Of a stretch of 64,000 nucleotides of DNA, positions 1-10,731 are shown piece after piece. The notes beneath the pieces are model-generated. The model did not search any database. It was not told the origin of the DNA and worked only from the letters and a program-made list of their open reading frames with translations. Origin of the DNA: an uncultured Pseudanabaenaceae cyanobacterium (GTDB taxonomy: Bacteria > Cyanobacteriota > Cyanobacteriia > PCC-9006 > JAAUQQ01); NCBI GenBank assembly GCA_938002085.1, contig CALLAT010000009.1, forward strand, positions 75,450 through 139,449. The letters are read 5' to 3'. Numbering within the stretch: the first letter of the stretch is position 1; each line of letters starts with the position of its first letter. The position numbers and the translations under genes were made by a program.

Positions 1-1
1 A

Positions 2-454
2 TTTCAAGCATTGGAGACTGAAATCCTTGGCATTTCGGTAGACAGCCAATACTCTCACTTGGCTTGGATTCAGACGGAGCGCAAGCTGGGTGGGGTCGGC
101 GACATCCGCTATCCCTTGGTGTCCGACCTAACGAAAGCGATTACGGCTGCCTATGGCGTTCTCAATGCCCAGGAAGGCGTTGCTTTGCGAGGGCTGTTCA
201 TTCTTGACCCCGAGGGCGTTGTTCAGCATGCCACGGTGAATAATCTGGCCTTTGGTCGAAGTGTAGATGACACGCTCCGGAGCTTGAAAGCGATTCAGCA
301 TGTCCAGCGTTACCGCAATCAGGTCTGTCCAGTCGACTGGCAGCCGGGGGCCGCAACCCTGACCGAAGAGCCGGGCCAGGTGCAAGCTTACTTTGAACGT
401 GCTAATGATGCTGAGTCAGCTCTAGGAGGCGGGGATGGGGCCGCTCAGCAGTAA
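2..454 (+). CDS. 2-Cys peroxiredoxin (AhpC/TSA), 5'-truncated by window edge
   Basis: Frame open from base 2 (FQALETEILGISVDS). Carries GGVG motif, ALRGLFILDPEG, GRSVD, resolving VCP and C-terminal YF motif. Confidence 0.88.
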   Translation, partial: FQALETEILGISVDSQYSHLAWIQTERKLGGVGDIRYPLVSDLTKAITAAYGVLNAQEGVALRGLFILDPEGVVQHATVNNLAFGRSVDDTLRSLKAIQHVQRYRNQVCPVDWQPGAATLTEEPGQVQAYFERANDAESALGGGDGAAQQ

Positions 455-535
455 ATTGCAGCAGTTTCTTGCCCTATGCTCCATTGGTCCGCTAGGATAG
501 GGTGCCGGTGGACGAGAGACCACTGCGGACAATTT

Positions 536-622
536 GGAGAAGTGGCCGAGCGGTTTAAGGCGCAGCACTGGAAATGCTGTTTAGGGGCAACTCTAACGAG
601 GGTTCGAATCCCTCCTTCTCCG
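536..622 (+). tRNA. tRNA-Ser(GGA)
   Basis: Acceptor GGAGAAG/CTTCTCC, anticodon arm CAGCA-CTGGAAA-TGCTG, long variable arm, GGTTCGAATCC T-loop. CCA not encoded. Confidence 0.95.
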
Positions 623-858
623 TTGAGAATTTTATACTGTTGGTCCAGTCCGTTAATCTATCGATTAAGCGGATAGAATAGGCATCAGCTTCAACAATTA
701 AGCTGAGCTTTTAGGTTGTTGTGTTTGATTTGAGCTGCTTGATTGATGTTGTGTGGGTTATGCTACGCATTCACTAGGGCAGAGCTCATTTAGGGCTAAT
801 GATCTTGGCCAGTTTGACTGGTTGACCTAAACGGATAGGCGAGGAGCAACAGTAACGC

Positions 859-3114
859 ATGGGTAGAGTAGTTGGCATTGACTTAGGAACCACGAATTCC
901 GTCGTTGCCGTGATGGAAGCTGGCAAGCCTGTGGTAATTGCCAATGCTGAAGGGGCTAGAACTACGCCTTCTGTTGTTGCCTTTAGTAAGGCTGGCGATC
1001 GCTTCGTTGGGCAAATGGCCCGCCGCCAGGCTGTGCTCGACCCCAAGAATACTTTCTTCAACATTAAGCGCTTCATTGGCCGTCCCTATGTGGAACTGAG
1101 CGCTGAGGATAAGCGAGTTCCCTACAAGGTTCGCCGCACTGAAGATAACAACATTCGCTTGGTGGCACCTCGCTTAGAGCGAGAGTTTGCGCCGGAAGAA
1201 ATTTCTGCCATGCTCATCCGCAAGCTGGCGGATGAGGCGGGTCGATATTTGGGGCAGACGGTCACCGGTGCCGTGATTACGGTGCCCGCTTACTTCAATG
1301 ACTCCCAGCGCCAGGCCACGCGAGATGCGGGCCGCATTGCGGGCTTGGATGTGAAGCGGATTCTCAATGAGCCTACGGCTGCGTCTCTGGCTTACGGCTT
1401 GGAACGCAATCAACGCCAGACCATTCTGGTCTTTGACCTGGGCGGTGGCACCTTTGACGTTTCGATCCTCAATGTCGGGGATGGCGTGTTTGAGGTGTTG
1501 TCTACCAGTGGCGATACTCAGCTCGGCGGAAATGACTTCGATCGCCTGATTGTTAATTGGCTAGCGGAGCAGTTCCTGGAGAAAGAAGGCATTGATTTGC
1601 GTCGGGAGCGCCAGTCCCTCCAGCGGCTCAATGAGGCTGCTGAGAAGGCCAAGATCGAACTGTCTGGCTTGGGGGCAACGGATATTAACTTGCCCTTTAT
1701 CACCGCAACGGAAGATGGACCGAAGCATCTGGAAGCTCGGTTGACCCGAGGTGAGTTTGAAATGATGGCGGGGGAGCTGCTGGAGCAGCTGCGCATTCCA
1801 GTGCGCCGTTCGATTCAAGATGCTGGGCTACGTCCCCAGCAGATTCAGGAAGTGGTTCTGGTGGGTGGCTCCACGCGGATGCCCATGGTTCAGGACCTCG
1901 TGCGGTCATTCATTAATCTTGAGCCGAACCAGAATGTGAACCCCGATGAGGTTGTGGCAGTGGGCGCTGCGATTCAGGCCGGCATCATTGCAGGAGATGT
2001 GCGGGATGTGTTGCTGTTGGATGTGACGCCTCTCTCCCTCGGCTTGGAAACCATTGGTGGGGTGATGAAGCCCCTGATTCCTCGCAATACGCCAGTGCCG
2101 GTGCGCAAGTCCGATATTTTCTCCACCTCGGAGGCGAACCAGACCCTGGTGGAGATCCATGTGCTCCAGGGGGAGCGGGAAATGTCGGCAGGGAATAAAT
2201 CCTTGGGTCGCTTTAAACTCATGGGCATTCCGCCCGCTCCTAGGGGCGTCCCCCAGGTTCAAGTCTCTTTTGATATTGATTCCAACGGCATTCTCCAGGT
2301 GAGTGCTTTGGATCGCACGACGGGACGTGAGCAAACGGTGACGATCCAGGGAGCTTCGACCCTGAGTGAAACCGAGATTAGTCGCATGGTCCAGGAGGCT
2401 GAGGACTATGCCTCTGTGGATCGAGAGAAGAAGGCTCGTGTCGAGAAGCGCAATAACGCTGAGAGTTTGATCAGTAAGTCGGAGCGTAAGCTGCGGGAAG
2501 TGGCGATCGACTTTGGCATGTATTTTGCTGACCCTCAGCGAAAGCGTGTGGAAGCTTATATTCGTGAGCTGAAGGACTATGTGGCGGCGGATGAGGATCG
2601 CGGTATTGATCTCGCCCAGGCGGATCTTCAAGAAGCAATCTACGGTCTGGAGCAAGAAATTAAAGCTCGCCTCTCCACAGAGGACGATGACGATGTCTTC
2701 AAGACTATTCGGGATACCTTCAAAGATGTGAAGGATACCCTCACTGGCGAAGACGACTATGACTACGGCACTGGTAGCTATAGCCAAGGGGGCTATAACC
2801 AGGGTGGTTATGGTCAGGGCGGGTACGGCCAAAGTAATTATGGACAAGGTGGCTACAACCCACCAGGGGGAGGCGGTCAGCAAGGCGGCTATAACCAGGG
2901 CCAGTATGGCGGTGGTCAGGGCCAATATGGAAACGCTAATCCAGGAGGCCCCGGCCAACCTCGGTATGACCAGGGCGATGCCCGCCGTTACGATCCGCGA
3001 GATGTTGCTCCCCGTCGGGATGAGCAAAACCGTGATCGCGGCAATCGTACTGGCCCCCGCTATGACGACCCCTATGCCAATGAGAATTGGGGCGAGGATA
3101 ACGATTGGATCTAG
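859..3114 (+). CDS. dnaK: Hsp70 chaperone DnaK (cyanobacterial DnaK3 type, long C-terminal tail)
   Basis: [34 protein letters not shown] motifs. Acidic W..D.DW C-terminus and adjacent dnaJ fit DnaK3. Confidence 0.96.
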   Translation: MGRVVGIDLGTTNSVVAVMEAGKPVVIANAEGARTTPSVVAFSKAGDRFVGQMARRQAVLDPKNTFFNIKRFIGRPYVELSAEDKRVPYKVRRTEDNNIRLVAPRLEREFAPEEISAMLIRKLADEAGRYLGQTVTGAVITVPAYFNDSQRQATRDAGRIAGLDVKRILNEPTAASLAYGLERNQRQTILVFDLGGGTFDVSILNVGDGVFEVLSTSGDTQLGGNDFDRLIVNWLAEQFLEKEGIDLRRERQSLQRLNEAAEKAKIELSGLGATDINLPFITATEDGPKHLEARLTRGEFEMMAGELLEQLRIPVRRSIQDAGLRPQQIQEVVLVGGSTRMPMVQDLVRSFINLEPNQNVNPDEVVAVGAAIQAGIIAGDVRDVLLLDVTPLSLGLETIGGVMKPLIPRNTPVPVRKSDIFSTSEANQTLVEIHVLQGEREMSAGNKSLGRFKLMGIPPAPRGVPQVQVSFDIDSNGILQVSALDRTTGREQTVTIQGASTLSETEISRMVQEAEDYASVDREKKARVEKRNNAESLISKSERKLREVAIDFGMYFADPQRKRVEAYIRELKDYVAADEDRGIDLAQADLQEAIYGLEQEIKARLSTEDDDDVFKTIRDTFKDVKDTLTGEDDYDYGTGSYSQGGYNQGGYGQGGYGQSNYGQGGYNPPGGGGQQGGYNQGQYGGGQGQYGNANPGGPGQPRYDQGDARRYDPRDVAPRRDEQNRDRGNRTGPRYDDPYANENWGEDNDWI

Positions 3115-3248
3115 TGATTGAGGCGATCGCTTCGCAAGCTTCCATTGGAATCGCTGTCGAGGTTGCATCGGCTGACCTGCAATCGCTTGTCTGTTGCTTT
3201 TTCTGATCTCTTGCTCAGCCCAGTGACTTTGGGCCTGTCCTTTTGCCC

Positions 3249-4184
3249 ATGGCTGATTTTCGCGACTATTATCAATTGCTGGATGTGGCGGGAGATGCCA
3301 CCCAGGATGAGATCAAACAGGCCTTCCGTAAGCTGGCTCGTAAATATCACCCTGATGTAAATCCGGGGAATCAAGAGGCTGAGGAGAAGTTTAAGCAGAT
3401 TGGCGAAGCCTATGAGGTTTTGTCCGATGGGGAAAAGCGCTCTAAATACGACCAGTTTGGCCAGTACTGGAATCAAGATAATGATTTTGGTGCTGACCTC
3501 CGTCGCCGCTGGCCTAGTGCGCCGAGAATGGACTTTAGTCAGTTTCCTGACTTCGATACCTTCGTGGATGACTTGTTGGGTAAGAGCCCCCCATCGGCTA
3601 CGCCTGAGTCAGGGACTGCAGCTGCGGAATGGAGTGGGGATTATGGAACTACGGCTGCACCACCGCGATCGCCCCGCAATATTGAAGCTAATTTGGCGGT
3701 GCCTTTGGAGAAAGCCTATAGCGGTGGTTTGGAACGGATTCGCTTGGAAGACGGTCGGGCGATCGAAATTGATATGCCGGGAGGACTGGTTACTGGTCAG
3801 CAAATTCGCTTGCGGAGTCAGGGCATTGATGGAGGAGACCTCTATCTCAAAATTGAGGTGCCGCCCCACCCTTTCTTCAAATTGGATGCTAGCGATATTT
3901 ATTGCCGCTTGCCAGTGACGCCAGCGGAGGCTGCGCTGGGAGCTGCAGTGGAGGTACCGACCTTAGATGGTCGGGTGACGATGAATCTTCCTTTGGCAGT
4001 TCAATACGGTCAGCGCTTGCGTTTGGCAGGCAAGGGTTACCCCGATGAGTTAGGGCGGCGGGGAGACCAAATTATTGAAATTGAAGTGGTGCTACCTGAA
4101 CAATTGGACGCAGAGGAGCGATCGCTCTATGAACAGCTCTATCGATTAGAGAGCTTTGATCCGCGCCAGAATCTGCCCTATTAA
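3249..4184 (+). CDS. dnaJ: DnaJ/CbpA-type co-chaperone (J-domain + C-terminal domain, no zinc finger)
   Basis: DYYQLL...KYHPD J-domain; GDLYL and GDQII C-terminal motifs. ATG start at 3249 chosen. Confidence 0.92.
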   Translation: MADFRDYYQLLDVAGDATQDEIKQAFRKLARKYHPDVNPGNQEAEEKFKQIGEAYEVLSDGEKRSKYDQFGQYWNQDNDFGADLRRRWPSAPRMDFSQFPDFDTFVDDLLGKSPPSATPESGTAAAEWSGDYGTTAAPPRSPRNIEANLAVPLEKAYSGGLERIRLEDGRAIEIDMPGGLVTGQQIRLRSQGIDGGDLYLKIEVPPHPFFKLDASDIYCRLPVTPAEAALGAAVEVPTLDGRVTMNLPLAVQYGQRLRLAGKGYPDELGRRGDQIIEIEVVLPEQLDAEERSLYEQLYRLESFDPRQNLPY

Positions 4185-4243
4185 CTCAAGTTCCTAGGGC
4201 AAGCTCTGCCGCAGCTTGTGAGCTACTTTCGCCTGTGCGAGCG

Positions 4244-4675
4244 CTAGTTGCGAGTTACGCAGGCTTCGCACTGACCCCGCACGGTCACCTCATAGTCCTC
4301 AACCTTCAAGCCAGGACGAAGCTTGCTAAGCGAAATACTTTGGAACTGCTCCCAGGCAATATCCTCAATCGCGCCACAGGACTGACAGCGAAAATGGTGG
4401 TGAGGTTCCACATTCGCGTCGTAACGGCAAATTCCCTCTTCTAGCAAAACCTCGCGCACGAGACCCACATCGCGCAGGGCCTGGAGGGAACTGTATACCG
4501 TTGCTTGGGAGGAGGTGGGAGCATCCTGGTTGAGGTCGCCCAGAATCTGCTCTGCAGTGGGGTGATCGGCACGACCCAGCAGGTTAGAGTACACGGCAAA
4601 GCGCTGGGGGGTCACTCTGAGGCCCTTCTCACGCAGCGTACTAACGATTTGATCAACGGGCTGTTGCATTCTCAT
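4244..4675 (-). CDS. perR: Fur-family transcriptional regulator, PerR-like
   Basis: LRVTPQR, HPTAEQI, ATVY, HHHFRCxxC and C-terminal CxxC; divergent from a peroxiredoxin gene. Confidence 0.85.
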   Translation of the reverse strand: MRMQQPVDQIVSTLREKGLRVTPQRFAVYSNLLGRADHPTAEQILGDLNQDAPTSSQATVYSSLQALRDVGLVREVLLEEGICRYDANVEPHHHFRCQSCGAIEDIAWEQFQSISLSKLRPGLKVEDYEVTVRGQCEACVTRN

Positions 4676-4947
4676 CTGCCTCCAACGGCAACCCTGGTTA
4701 CGGACTCTTACCCCTTATTAAAAGGATGCGCTCTATCTGTAGGCTAAGCCCTAGACTTAATGTGCCCGGCTGTTTCTCACTGGTATTCACAGTGATGACA
4801 TTCGGCTGAACACCTTAACGATCTCTCAAGTTCTGGCTTTACGGAACTTGACATCTGAATCAAGAATAGCATTCCTTTCTGGGAAACAGCCCTAACCTGG
4901 GCTGAATCTCAGGATTAAAAAATATTGTTAAGTTATCGATTCCTAAG

Positions 4948-4962
4948 TTAGAATAATTCCAG
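4948..4962. promoter_or_regulatory. Putative Per/Fur box
   Basis: TTAGAATAATTCCAG resembles the Per-box TTATAATNATTATAA and lies between divergent perR and prx. Confidence 0.4.
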
Positions 4963-5043
4963 ATTGCAAACGCAGTTGTCGCTTCGTTCGTTTGAGTTCG
5001 AACAGCGGCTTGAATGTCTTTATTCCCGTGAGGTCTTAGTCCT

Positions 5044-5613
5044 ATGGCAGTTATCGAACGCGTTCCTAACGTTACTTTCAAAACCCGCGTCCGCGATGAG
5101 TCCGTCGGTGGTTCCAACCCCTTTCGTTGGCAAGACCTGACCACTCAAGAAATCTTCGGCGGCAAGAAAGTCGTTGTGTTCTCTTTGCCTGGTGCGTTCA
5201 CCCCCACCTGCTCCTCCAACCACCTGCCCCGCTACGAAGAGCTCTATGACGAGTTCAAGGCTCAAGGTGTCGATGCCATTGTTTGCGTTTCTGTGAACGA
5301 CGCCTTTGTTATGTTCCAGTGGGGCAAGCAAGTCGGTGCTAAGAACGTCTTCCTGCTGCCCGATGGCAACGGTGAGTTCACCCGCAAGATGGGCATGCTC
5401 GTCGCTAAGGACAACCTGGGCTTCGGTGCTCGCTCCTGGCGCTACTCCATGCTGGTTAACGATGGTGCGATCGAGAAGATCTTCACCGAAGCTGACTTTG
5501 CTGACAATTGCCCCACCGACCCCTTCGAAGTTTCTGACGCTGACACCATGCTGGCGCACCTTAAGGGAACCCAGTCTGCTGGTATCGCAACTCCTCGTGA
5601 GTTCGTGGGTTAA
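5044..5613 (+). CDS. Type II (Prx5-like) peroxiredoxin
   Basis: [35 protein letters not shown] motifs. Confidence 0.93.
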   Translation: MAVIERVPNVTFKTRVRDESVGGSNPFRWQDLTTQEIFGGKKVVVFSLPGAFTPTCSSNHLPRYEELYDEFKAQGVDAIVCVSVNDAFVMFQWGKQVGAKNVFLLPDGNGEFTRKMGMLVAKDNLGFGARSWRYSMLVNDGAIEKIFTEADFADNCPTDPFEVSDADTMLAHLKGTQSAGIATPREFVG

Positions 5614-5672
5614 ACCACGCTGTTTACTTAACCAGCTTTAATCTCTTGATTAGGCTAGTCTAAGCCATTCCT

Positions 5673-5715
5673 CAGCTCTCCCCTCTAGCTTAGAACCAGT
5701 TGGGAGAGCTGTTTT
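5673..5715 (+). terminator. Probable intrinsic terminator/attenuator after prx
   Basis: CAGCTCTCCC...GGGAGAGCTG followed by TTTT. Confidence 0.55.
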
Positions 5716-5844
5716 GCTTTCATCTCTATATGAATGTCTGAGAAATGAGAATTGTTGCTTAAACATCTGTTTGTTGGTAGCTGCTCTCGACTCTAAAACA
5801 CTCCCTCTTCTCACCACTCCCTGCGACTCGTTAGGAGGTCTGCT

Positions 5845-6843
5845 ATGAAACTCTCCAGTAAAAATATTGAAACTCGCTTGGATACGGTCTATGACGCGAT
5901 TGTTGTAGGCGGTGGCATGGGTGGTTTATCTGCCGCTATTTATTTGGCACGCTATGGCCTGAAATGCCTAGTGGTGGAAAAGGGGCGAGGTCGCTCGTTT
6001 TGGATGCAGGATACGCGCAATTTCTTGGGCCAAGATCCTACAGCGCCGGGTCGGGACATCATTAAGCATGGCACTGAGCAAGCCTTGGGCTGGGGCGCAG
6101 ACTTCCTGCGCGGGTTTGTGGAAGAGGTGACTGATGAAGGGGAGACCTTCGTTGTGAAGGTCAAGATTGGCAAGAAGGATGAGGTCGGCCATACGCTGCA
6201 TACCAAGTATGTGGTGGCTGCTTCGGGCATCATGGACAACTTGCCCAAGCTGGAAAACATGCAGAATGTCTATGACTATGCGGGCTATACGCTCCATGTC
6301 TGCATGATTTGTGATGGCTTTGACATGTGGGACCAGAAGGCGGCGCTGATTGTGAACACAGAGGGGCAGATGAATGCGGCCTTTGTGCTCAATTGGTTCA
6401 CGCCTTATATCTCTGTGTTCAGCCATGGCCTGTTTGAGGTGAGTGCTGAGATGAAGCAAAAACTGGCTGATCATGGCTATCCCCTGTATGAGCAGCCCAT
6501 TGCCAAGTTCCATGGCGAAGACCACAAGATGAGTGGCCTGGAGCTGGCTGATGGCACGATGGTGGAAGCTACGACGGGTCTAATCGGGATGGGCTCTCAC
6601 TATCACAATGAGTATCTCAAGGGGATTGAACTGGAGTACAACGGCAAGAATCTCGTAACCGATGACATGTGCAAGACCAGTCACGATCGCATCTTCGCCC
6701 TAGGCGATCTTAAGCAAGGTCTCAACCAAGTTTCCATTGCGGTTGCGGATGGCACCTTGGCGGCAACGCAAATCTGGCGAACGACTCGCCGAGCCAGTGA
6801 GCCTCGCAAGTGGGAAGAGAATATCGCTAAGGCCTCTGCTTAG
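5845..6843 (+). CDS. Thioredoxin-reductase-like flavoprotein, DDOR (diflavin disulfide oxidoreductase) type
   Basis: GGGMGG FAD motif, CMIC redox motif, TSHDRIFALGD. The NADPH-binding GxGxxA motif is absent. Resembles cyanobacterial DDOR as recalled. Confidence 0.8.
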   Translation: MKLSSKNIETRLDTVYDAIVVGGGMGGLSAAIYLARYGLKCLVVEKGRGRSFWMQDTRNFLGQDPTAPGRDIIKHGTEQALGWGADFLRGFVEEVTDEGETFVVKVKIGKKDEVGHTLHTKYVVAASGIMDNLPKLENMQNVYDYAGYTLHVCMICDGFDMWDQKAALIVNTEGQMNAAFVLNWFTPYISVFSHGLFEVSAEMKQKLADHGYPLYEQPIAKFHGEDHKMSGLELADGTMVEATTGLIGMGSHYHNEYLKGIELEYNGKNLVTDDMCKTSHDRIFALGDLKQGLNQVSIAVADGTLAATQIWRTTRRASEPRKWEENIAKASA

Positions 6844-6860
6844 TTTTTCTCGGTGGACTC

Positions 6861-6899
6861 AAGAGCCCCTGTCTAGCTTGATCTAGGCAGGGGCTCTTT
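6861..6899. terminator. Intrinsic terminator hairpin between convergent genes
   Basis: AAGAGCCCCTGTCTAG...CTAGGCAGGGGCTCTTT. Confidence 0.65.
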
Positions 6900-7023
6900 G
6901 TTGAAGTTTGCCTGGTTGTAATGTTGATCGCCCACGATTGCAAGCCCTCCGCGATTGGGGGGGGGCTGGATGGCTCCGACAGATCGCTGAGGCCGTCTTC
7001 TGTGGCCCTAGCAACCTGCCCCT

Positions 7024-7353
7024 TTACCAAAACGGAACAATGTCTTTGAGTAGGCGTAGGAGCTTGAGCTGAAACACTAGCGACTGTATCTCTGGATTGA
7101 CCGCGACAGAATCTTGTGGAATTTCAGCGAGCTCTAGCTCCAGCTCTGCGTATTCCATGGGGGAGAGTGGGCTGCCATCAATGGGCGATCGCCCCTGGAG
7201 AATCACCTCTTCCCGCAAGACTTCCTCCGGTACATCATCTGGGGGGGGCAATGCCTCAGCCAGCTTACTCCGACAAGCCAAAGTCGGAGCTGAAACAAAG
7301 GTGAAGACAGTTCCCAGGTAGATTATTTTGTGGCCAAGCCCTAATCTCGCCAT
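7024..7353 (-). CDS. Conserved cyanobacterial hypothetical protein
   Basis: Signal-like N-terminus, then PPPDDVPEEVLREEVILQGRSPIDG. Start uncertain (ORF extends to 7407). Confidence 0.65.
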   Translation of the reverse strand: MARLGLGHKIIYLGTVFTFVSAPTLACRSKLAEALPPPDDVPEEVLREEVILQGRSPIDGSPLSPMEYAELELELAEIPQDSVAVNPEIQSLVFQLKLLRLLKDIVPFW

Positions 7354-7683
7354 CTCACTTCGTCTTGTATAGGGAACCATTGTTCGCGTTCTGTGACGAC
7401 AAGCCATTGAGCAGAGGAAAATACTTCAGTGAATGGCTCTCGTTCACCCCAAGCGATTGTTTGAATCATCCCATGGGGACTCCCGTTGGAAAACCAGCTA
7501 TGGGTGGTAAATTTATCTATCAGCCAGAAAATGCTTAAACGTAGGCTCTACGTACTTTCAGTTTTTCTTTTTGGAGAGGGCTTTTGTCATCTCCAAAAGC
7601 CCTGAGGATTACTGAATCCATCAGGCTTCATATCTGGGCATCTTAGGATTACTCTCCTCCTTTGCCATAGCTGGATTTCCCAG

Positions 7684-9813
7684 ATGATCTCCTCCCCGGT
7701 TGATTCCCTTCGAGCTGGCGCAGCTGCCATTAAAGCTAAGCAATTTGATGTTGCGATCGCGCATCTTGAAGTCTATTGCAACGCCAATGTGGGTGTGGAA
7801 TCCAATGAACATTATCAGGCGCAGATCTGGTTGATCCAGAGCTATAAGGCCCAGGGCCGTACTACGGATGCCCGCCATCTTTGCTTCAACCTTAGCCAAG
7901 TGGACCAACCGAAGGTCAAGGCTTGGGCCAGTGAGATGATGACTCAACTGCCTGTCCAAATTCCAGGGCGAGAGCCCGCTGGGGGGAGTGATGCCGTGGG
8001 CTTTGGAGATGCCCCAGCCATGGCCGCCGCTGCCACTCCAGCCCGTTCAGCCAGGTCTGGTTCGAAAAAGCCCTTACCTAAGGCTGAGCGCGCACAGTCG
8101 GGTGGGGTCACGCTACTGTTGCGGGGCGCAGCGGCCAATTTGGCTTTGGTCTCTGGGATGACGCTGCTGGGGCTGTTTGGCATGGCCCTGAGTTTAGTCT
8201 GCGTCCTTGTCTTCATTCGGGGCAGTAGCAATCCGCTCTTCGGCTTAGGGGTTTCTGCTGCGGTAACCCTCGTCTTTAGCGCAGGCTCTTTTTTCATCTC
8301 ACCTCTGATCATGGATTGGTTGCAGCGCCTGGTATATGGCACCCAATGGACGACGCTTGAAGAGATCGAGAGTCTGAGCCCAGAAAGTGCCCAAGTGATT
8401 CGTAAGGTCTGCAAAGAGAAAAAGCTCAAGCAACCTCGCCTGGGCATTATTAATGACCAAAACCCTACAGCTTTTACCTACGGATCGTTGCCCAACAGTG
8501 CGCGCCTGGTGGTTAGTCGAGGCCTGTTTACCTATCTGGATGATGATGAGGTCGCGACGGTCTATGCCCATGAGCTAGGCCACATTGTCCACTGGGATTT
8601 TGCCGTGATGACCCTGGCGGCAACCCTCGTGCAGTTGTTGTATTTGATTTACAGCTATAGCCGAGAGATTGGTCGCAACTTGGGGACTGGCGATGGAGCA
8701 AAGAAGATTCGCAGTGGCTTGCAAGCGGCTTCCCTGGCTGCCCTTCTCTTTTACACCGTGGGAGAATATCTCCAGCTTTATCTCTCCCGCACCCGTGAGT
8801 ACTATGCTGACCATTTTGCGGCTGAAGTTACGGGCAATCCCAACGCTCTCTCCCGTGCCTTGGTGAAGATTGCCTATGGCATTGTCGAGGAAGGCAAGCG
8901 CCTTGAAGAGCAGAATCAGCCCCCAAGCAAGGTGCTGCAAGGTATGCGAGCCTTGGGCATTGCTGATGCCAAGAATGCAGGGGCTGCGGGGACAGCCTAT
9001 CGCGTTGCAGCGGATAGCAATAGTGTCGGTCGTGTCTTCTTGTGGGACATGTTTAATCCCTGGGCCAAGTGGATGGAGCTTAATTCGACCCACCCCCTTA
9101 CAGGCAAGCGGGTTCGAGCATTGGGCAACTATGCAGAGCAGCTAGACCTCAATAGCGAATTCGATATGGTTCGGGTTGTGCGGGCTGGCAATCAATTGGA
9201 TAAAAAGCGTCTCTACGGCAGTTTTGTTCAGGACGTAGCCTTGATGGGCAGTCCTTTGATTGGAGGGGCGGTTGGCTTCATTGCAGGAATCGCGGGGGCA
9301 GTGGCTTCGGGCAATTCTTTGGTGGCGCTGAGTGGTGCGCTGCTGGGTCTGGCTGTGGGCATTGTGCTCCATGCCTTTGTCATGTATCCCAAAATTCAGC
9401 GTCCCAATGAGACCGATATTTTGACGCTGATGTCTGATGCCTATGCCAGCCCTCTGAGAGGGAAGTCGGTGAAGTTGGCGGGGGAAATTATTGGCAAGGG
9501 TGATGCGGGAGGCAGGGTGAACGAAGATTTCCAGTTCAAGGACAAGACTGGCATGGTCTATCTGGATTATTCGTCTCGTTTTGGAGCTCTGGGCAATTTA
9601 TTTTTTGGCTGGAGCCAAGCCAGTCAATATGTGGGGCAGCCGGTGGCGCTGACGGGGTGGTTCCGCCGGGGGCTGACGGCGAAGGTGGACTTAAATGAGA
9701 TGGAATGTGACCAAGGCTTGGTGAAGAGCTATCACCGTTTTGGCAAGTTGGTTTCGGCGACGCTGTGTGTGATCGGAGCTGTGGCGATCGCGGTGATAGG
9801 TGCCAGTCTCTAG
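7684..9813 (+). CDS. htpX: M48 family zinc metalloprotease HtpX-like, extended N- and C-termini
   Basis: PTAFTYG, HELGH, SRTREYYAD, STHP motifs; several TM segments. Confidence 0.88.
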   Translation: MISSPVDSLRAGAAAIKAKQFDVAIAHLEVYCNANVGVESNEHYQAQIWLIQSYKAQGRTTDARHLCFNLSQVDQPKVKAWASEMMTQLPVQIPGREPAGGSDAVGFGDAPAMAAAATPARSARSGSKKPLPKAERAQSGGVTLLLRGAAANLALVSGMTLLGLFGMALSLVCVLVFIRGSSNPLFGLGVSAAVTLVFSAGSFFISPLIMDWLQRLVYGTQWTTLEEIESLSPESAQVIRKVCKEKKLKQPRLGIINDQNPTAFTYGSLPNSARLVVSRGLFTYLDDDEVATVYAHELGHIVHWDFAVMTLAATLVQLLYLIYSYSREIGRNLGTGDGAKKIRSGLQAASLAALLFYTVGEYLQLYLSRTREYYADHFAAEVTGNPNALSRALVKIAYGIVEEGKRLEEQNQPPSKVLQGMRALGIADAKNAGAAGTAYRVAADSNSVGRVFLWDMFNPWAKWMELNSTHPLTGKRVRALGNYAEQLDLNSEFDMVRVVRAGNQLDKKRLYGSFVQDVALMGSPLIGGAVGFIAGIAGAVASGNSLVALSGALLGLAVGIVLHAFVMYPKIQRPNETDILTLMSDAYASPLRGKSVKLAGEIIGKGDAGGRVNEDFQFKDKTGMVYLDYSSRFGALGNLFFGWSQASQYVGQPVALTGWFRRGLTAKVDLNEMECDQGLVKSYHRFGKLVSATLCVIGAVAIAVIGASL

Positions 9814-9857
9814 GCCACTGTTTCTCTGCTGGATGCTGAAGCGTTTGGCTTGGGCTT

Positions 9858-9921
9858 GGGCGGGTTTTGAGCGGAAGTTGTCTGATATGAACCTTCATAG
9901 AGCTGCTGAACCCGCCCTTAC
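9858..9921. repeat. Short REP-like inverted repeat
   Basis: GGGCGGGTT...AACCCGCCC-TTAC between convergent htpX and devA. Confidence 0.5.
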
Positions 9922-9932
9922 GGTGGCTGGGG

Positions 9933-10643
9933 TTAGGCGATGACTTCTTCCCGTTGGACGGTGCTGAGGCGTCCGTCTTCCATTTGCAGGATGCGATCGG
10001 CGACGTCGAGGATGCGGTTGTCGTGGGTGACGAGAAGGACGGCGCTGCCTCGCTGACGGGCGAGGCGCTGCATGATTTCGACGACGTCGCGCCCCGATTG
10101 TTTGTCGAGGGCTGCGGTGGGTTCGTCGGCCAAAACAACGCGGGGGGAGCTGACTAGGGCGCGGGCGATCGCCACACGCTGCTTTTGTCCGCCGGATAGC
10201 TCCTGGGGATAGTAGTTGGCCCAGTCCAGCAGCCCCACGGCTTCCAGCATTTCTAGGGAACGGGTTTTCTTTTCCTTGGCGGTGAGATTAGGGTGCAGGT
10301 CCAGGGACATTTGCACGTTTTGCCTGGCGGTGAGGGCATTCAGCAGGTTGTGGGCCTGGAAGATATAGCCGATGTTGCGCCGCAGCCTCACAAGCTGAGA
10401 TTTGCGCGCTTTGTACATTTCTTCGCCCAGGAGTCGCAGGCTGCCTTCCTGGGTGGAGCGCAATGCGCCAATCAAGGTCAGTAAGGTCGTTTTGCCCGAG
10501 CCTGATGGACCCATGAGGATGACGACTTCGCCAGGGTCCACGCGAGCGCTGACTTCGTAGAGCACTTGTTTGCGCAGGCGGCCACTGCCGAAGTAGTGGC
10601 TCACATGGTCAATGGAGATGATGGGGTCGGTAGCGGCAGTCAT
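9933..10643 (-). CDS. devA: DevA-family ABC exporter ATP-binding protein
   Basis: [38 protein letters not shown]. Confidence 0.92.
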   Translation of the reverse strand: MTAATDPIISIDHVSHYFGSGRLRKQVLYEVSARVDPGEVVILMGPSGSGKTTLLTLIGALRSTQEGSLRLLGEEMYKARKSQLVRLRRNIGYIFQAHNLLNALTARQNVQMSLDLHPNLTAKEKKTRSLEMLEAVGLLDWANYYPQELSGGQKQRVAIARALVSSPRVVLADEPTAALDKQSGRDVVEIMQRLARQRGSAVLLVTHDNRILDVADRILQMEDGRLSTVQREEVIA

Positions 10644-10731
10644 ATCAGGAAAGATGCGCCGACTGGCGCATCTGAAAGAAGGTAGATCGCGATGGGCGTT
10701 GGCTCAGCAAACTTGGCCTAGAAAGATTGGT

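Noticed and set aside
476..676. 66-aa ORF
   Set aside because: Overlaps tRNA-Ser; spurious translation.
536..860. tRNA-Ser as integration site
   Set aside because: No duplicated tRNA 3' end or integrase seen; it is followed directly by core dnaK.
1906..3168. 420-aa antisense ORF
   Set aside because: Shadow frame of dnaK; long antisense ORFs are common opposite Hsp70 genes and no motif is recognisable.
7439..7490. TCGTTCACCCC...GGGGAC resembling the start of a glutamine (glnA) riboswitch
   Set aside because: The downstream GGAAGUA and GAAGGAACG core elements are missing.
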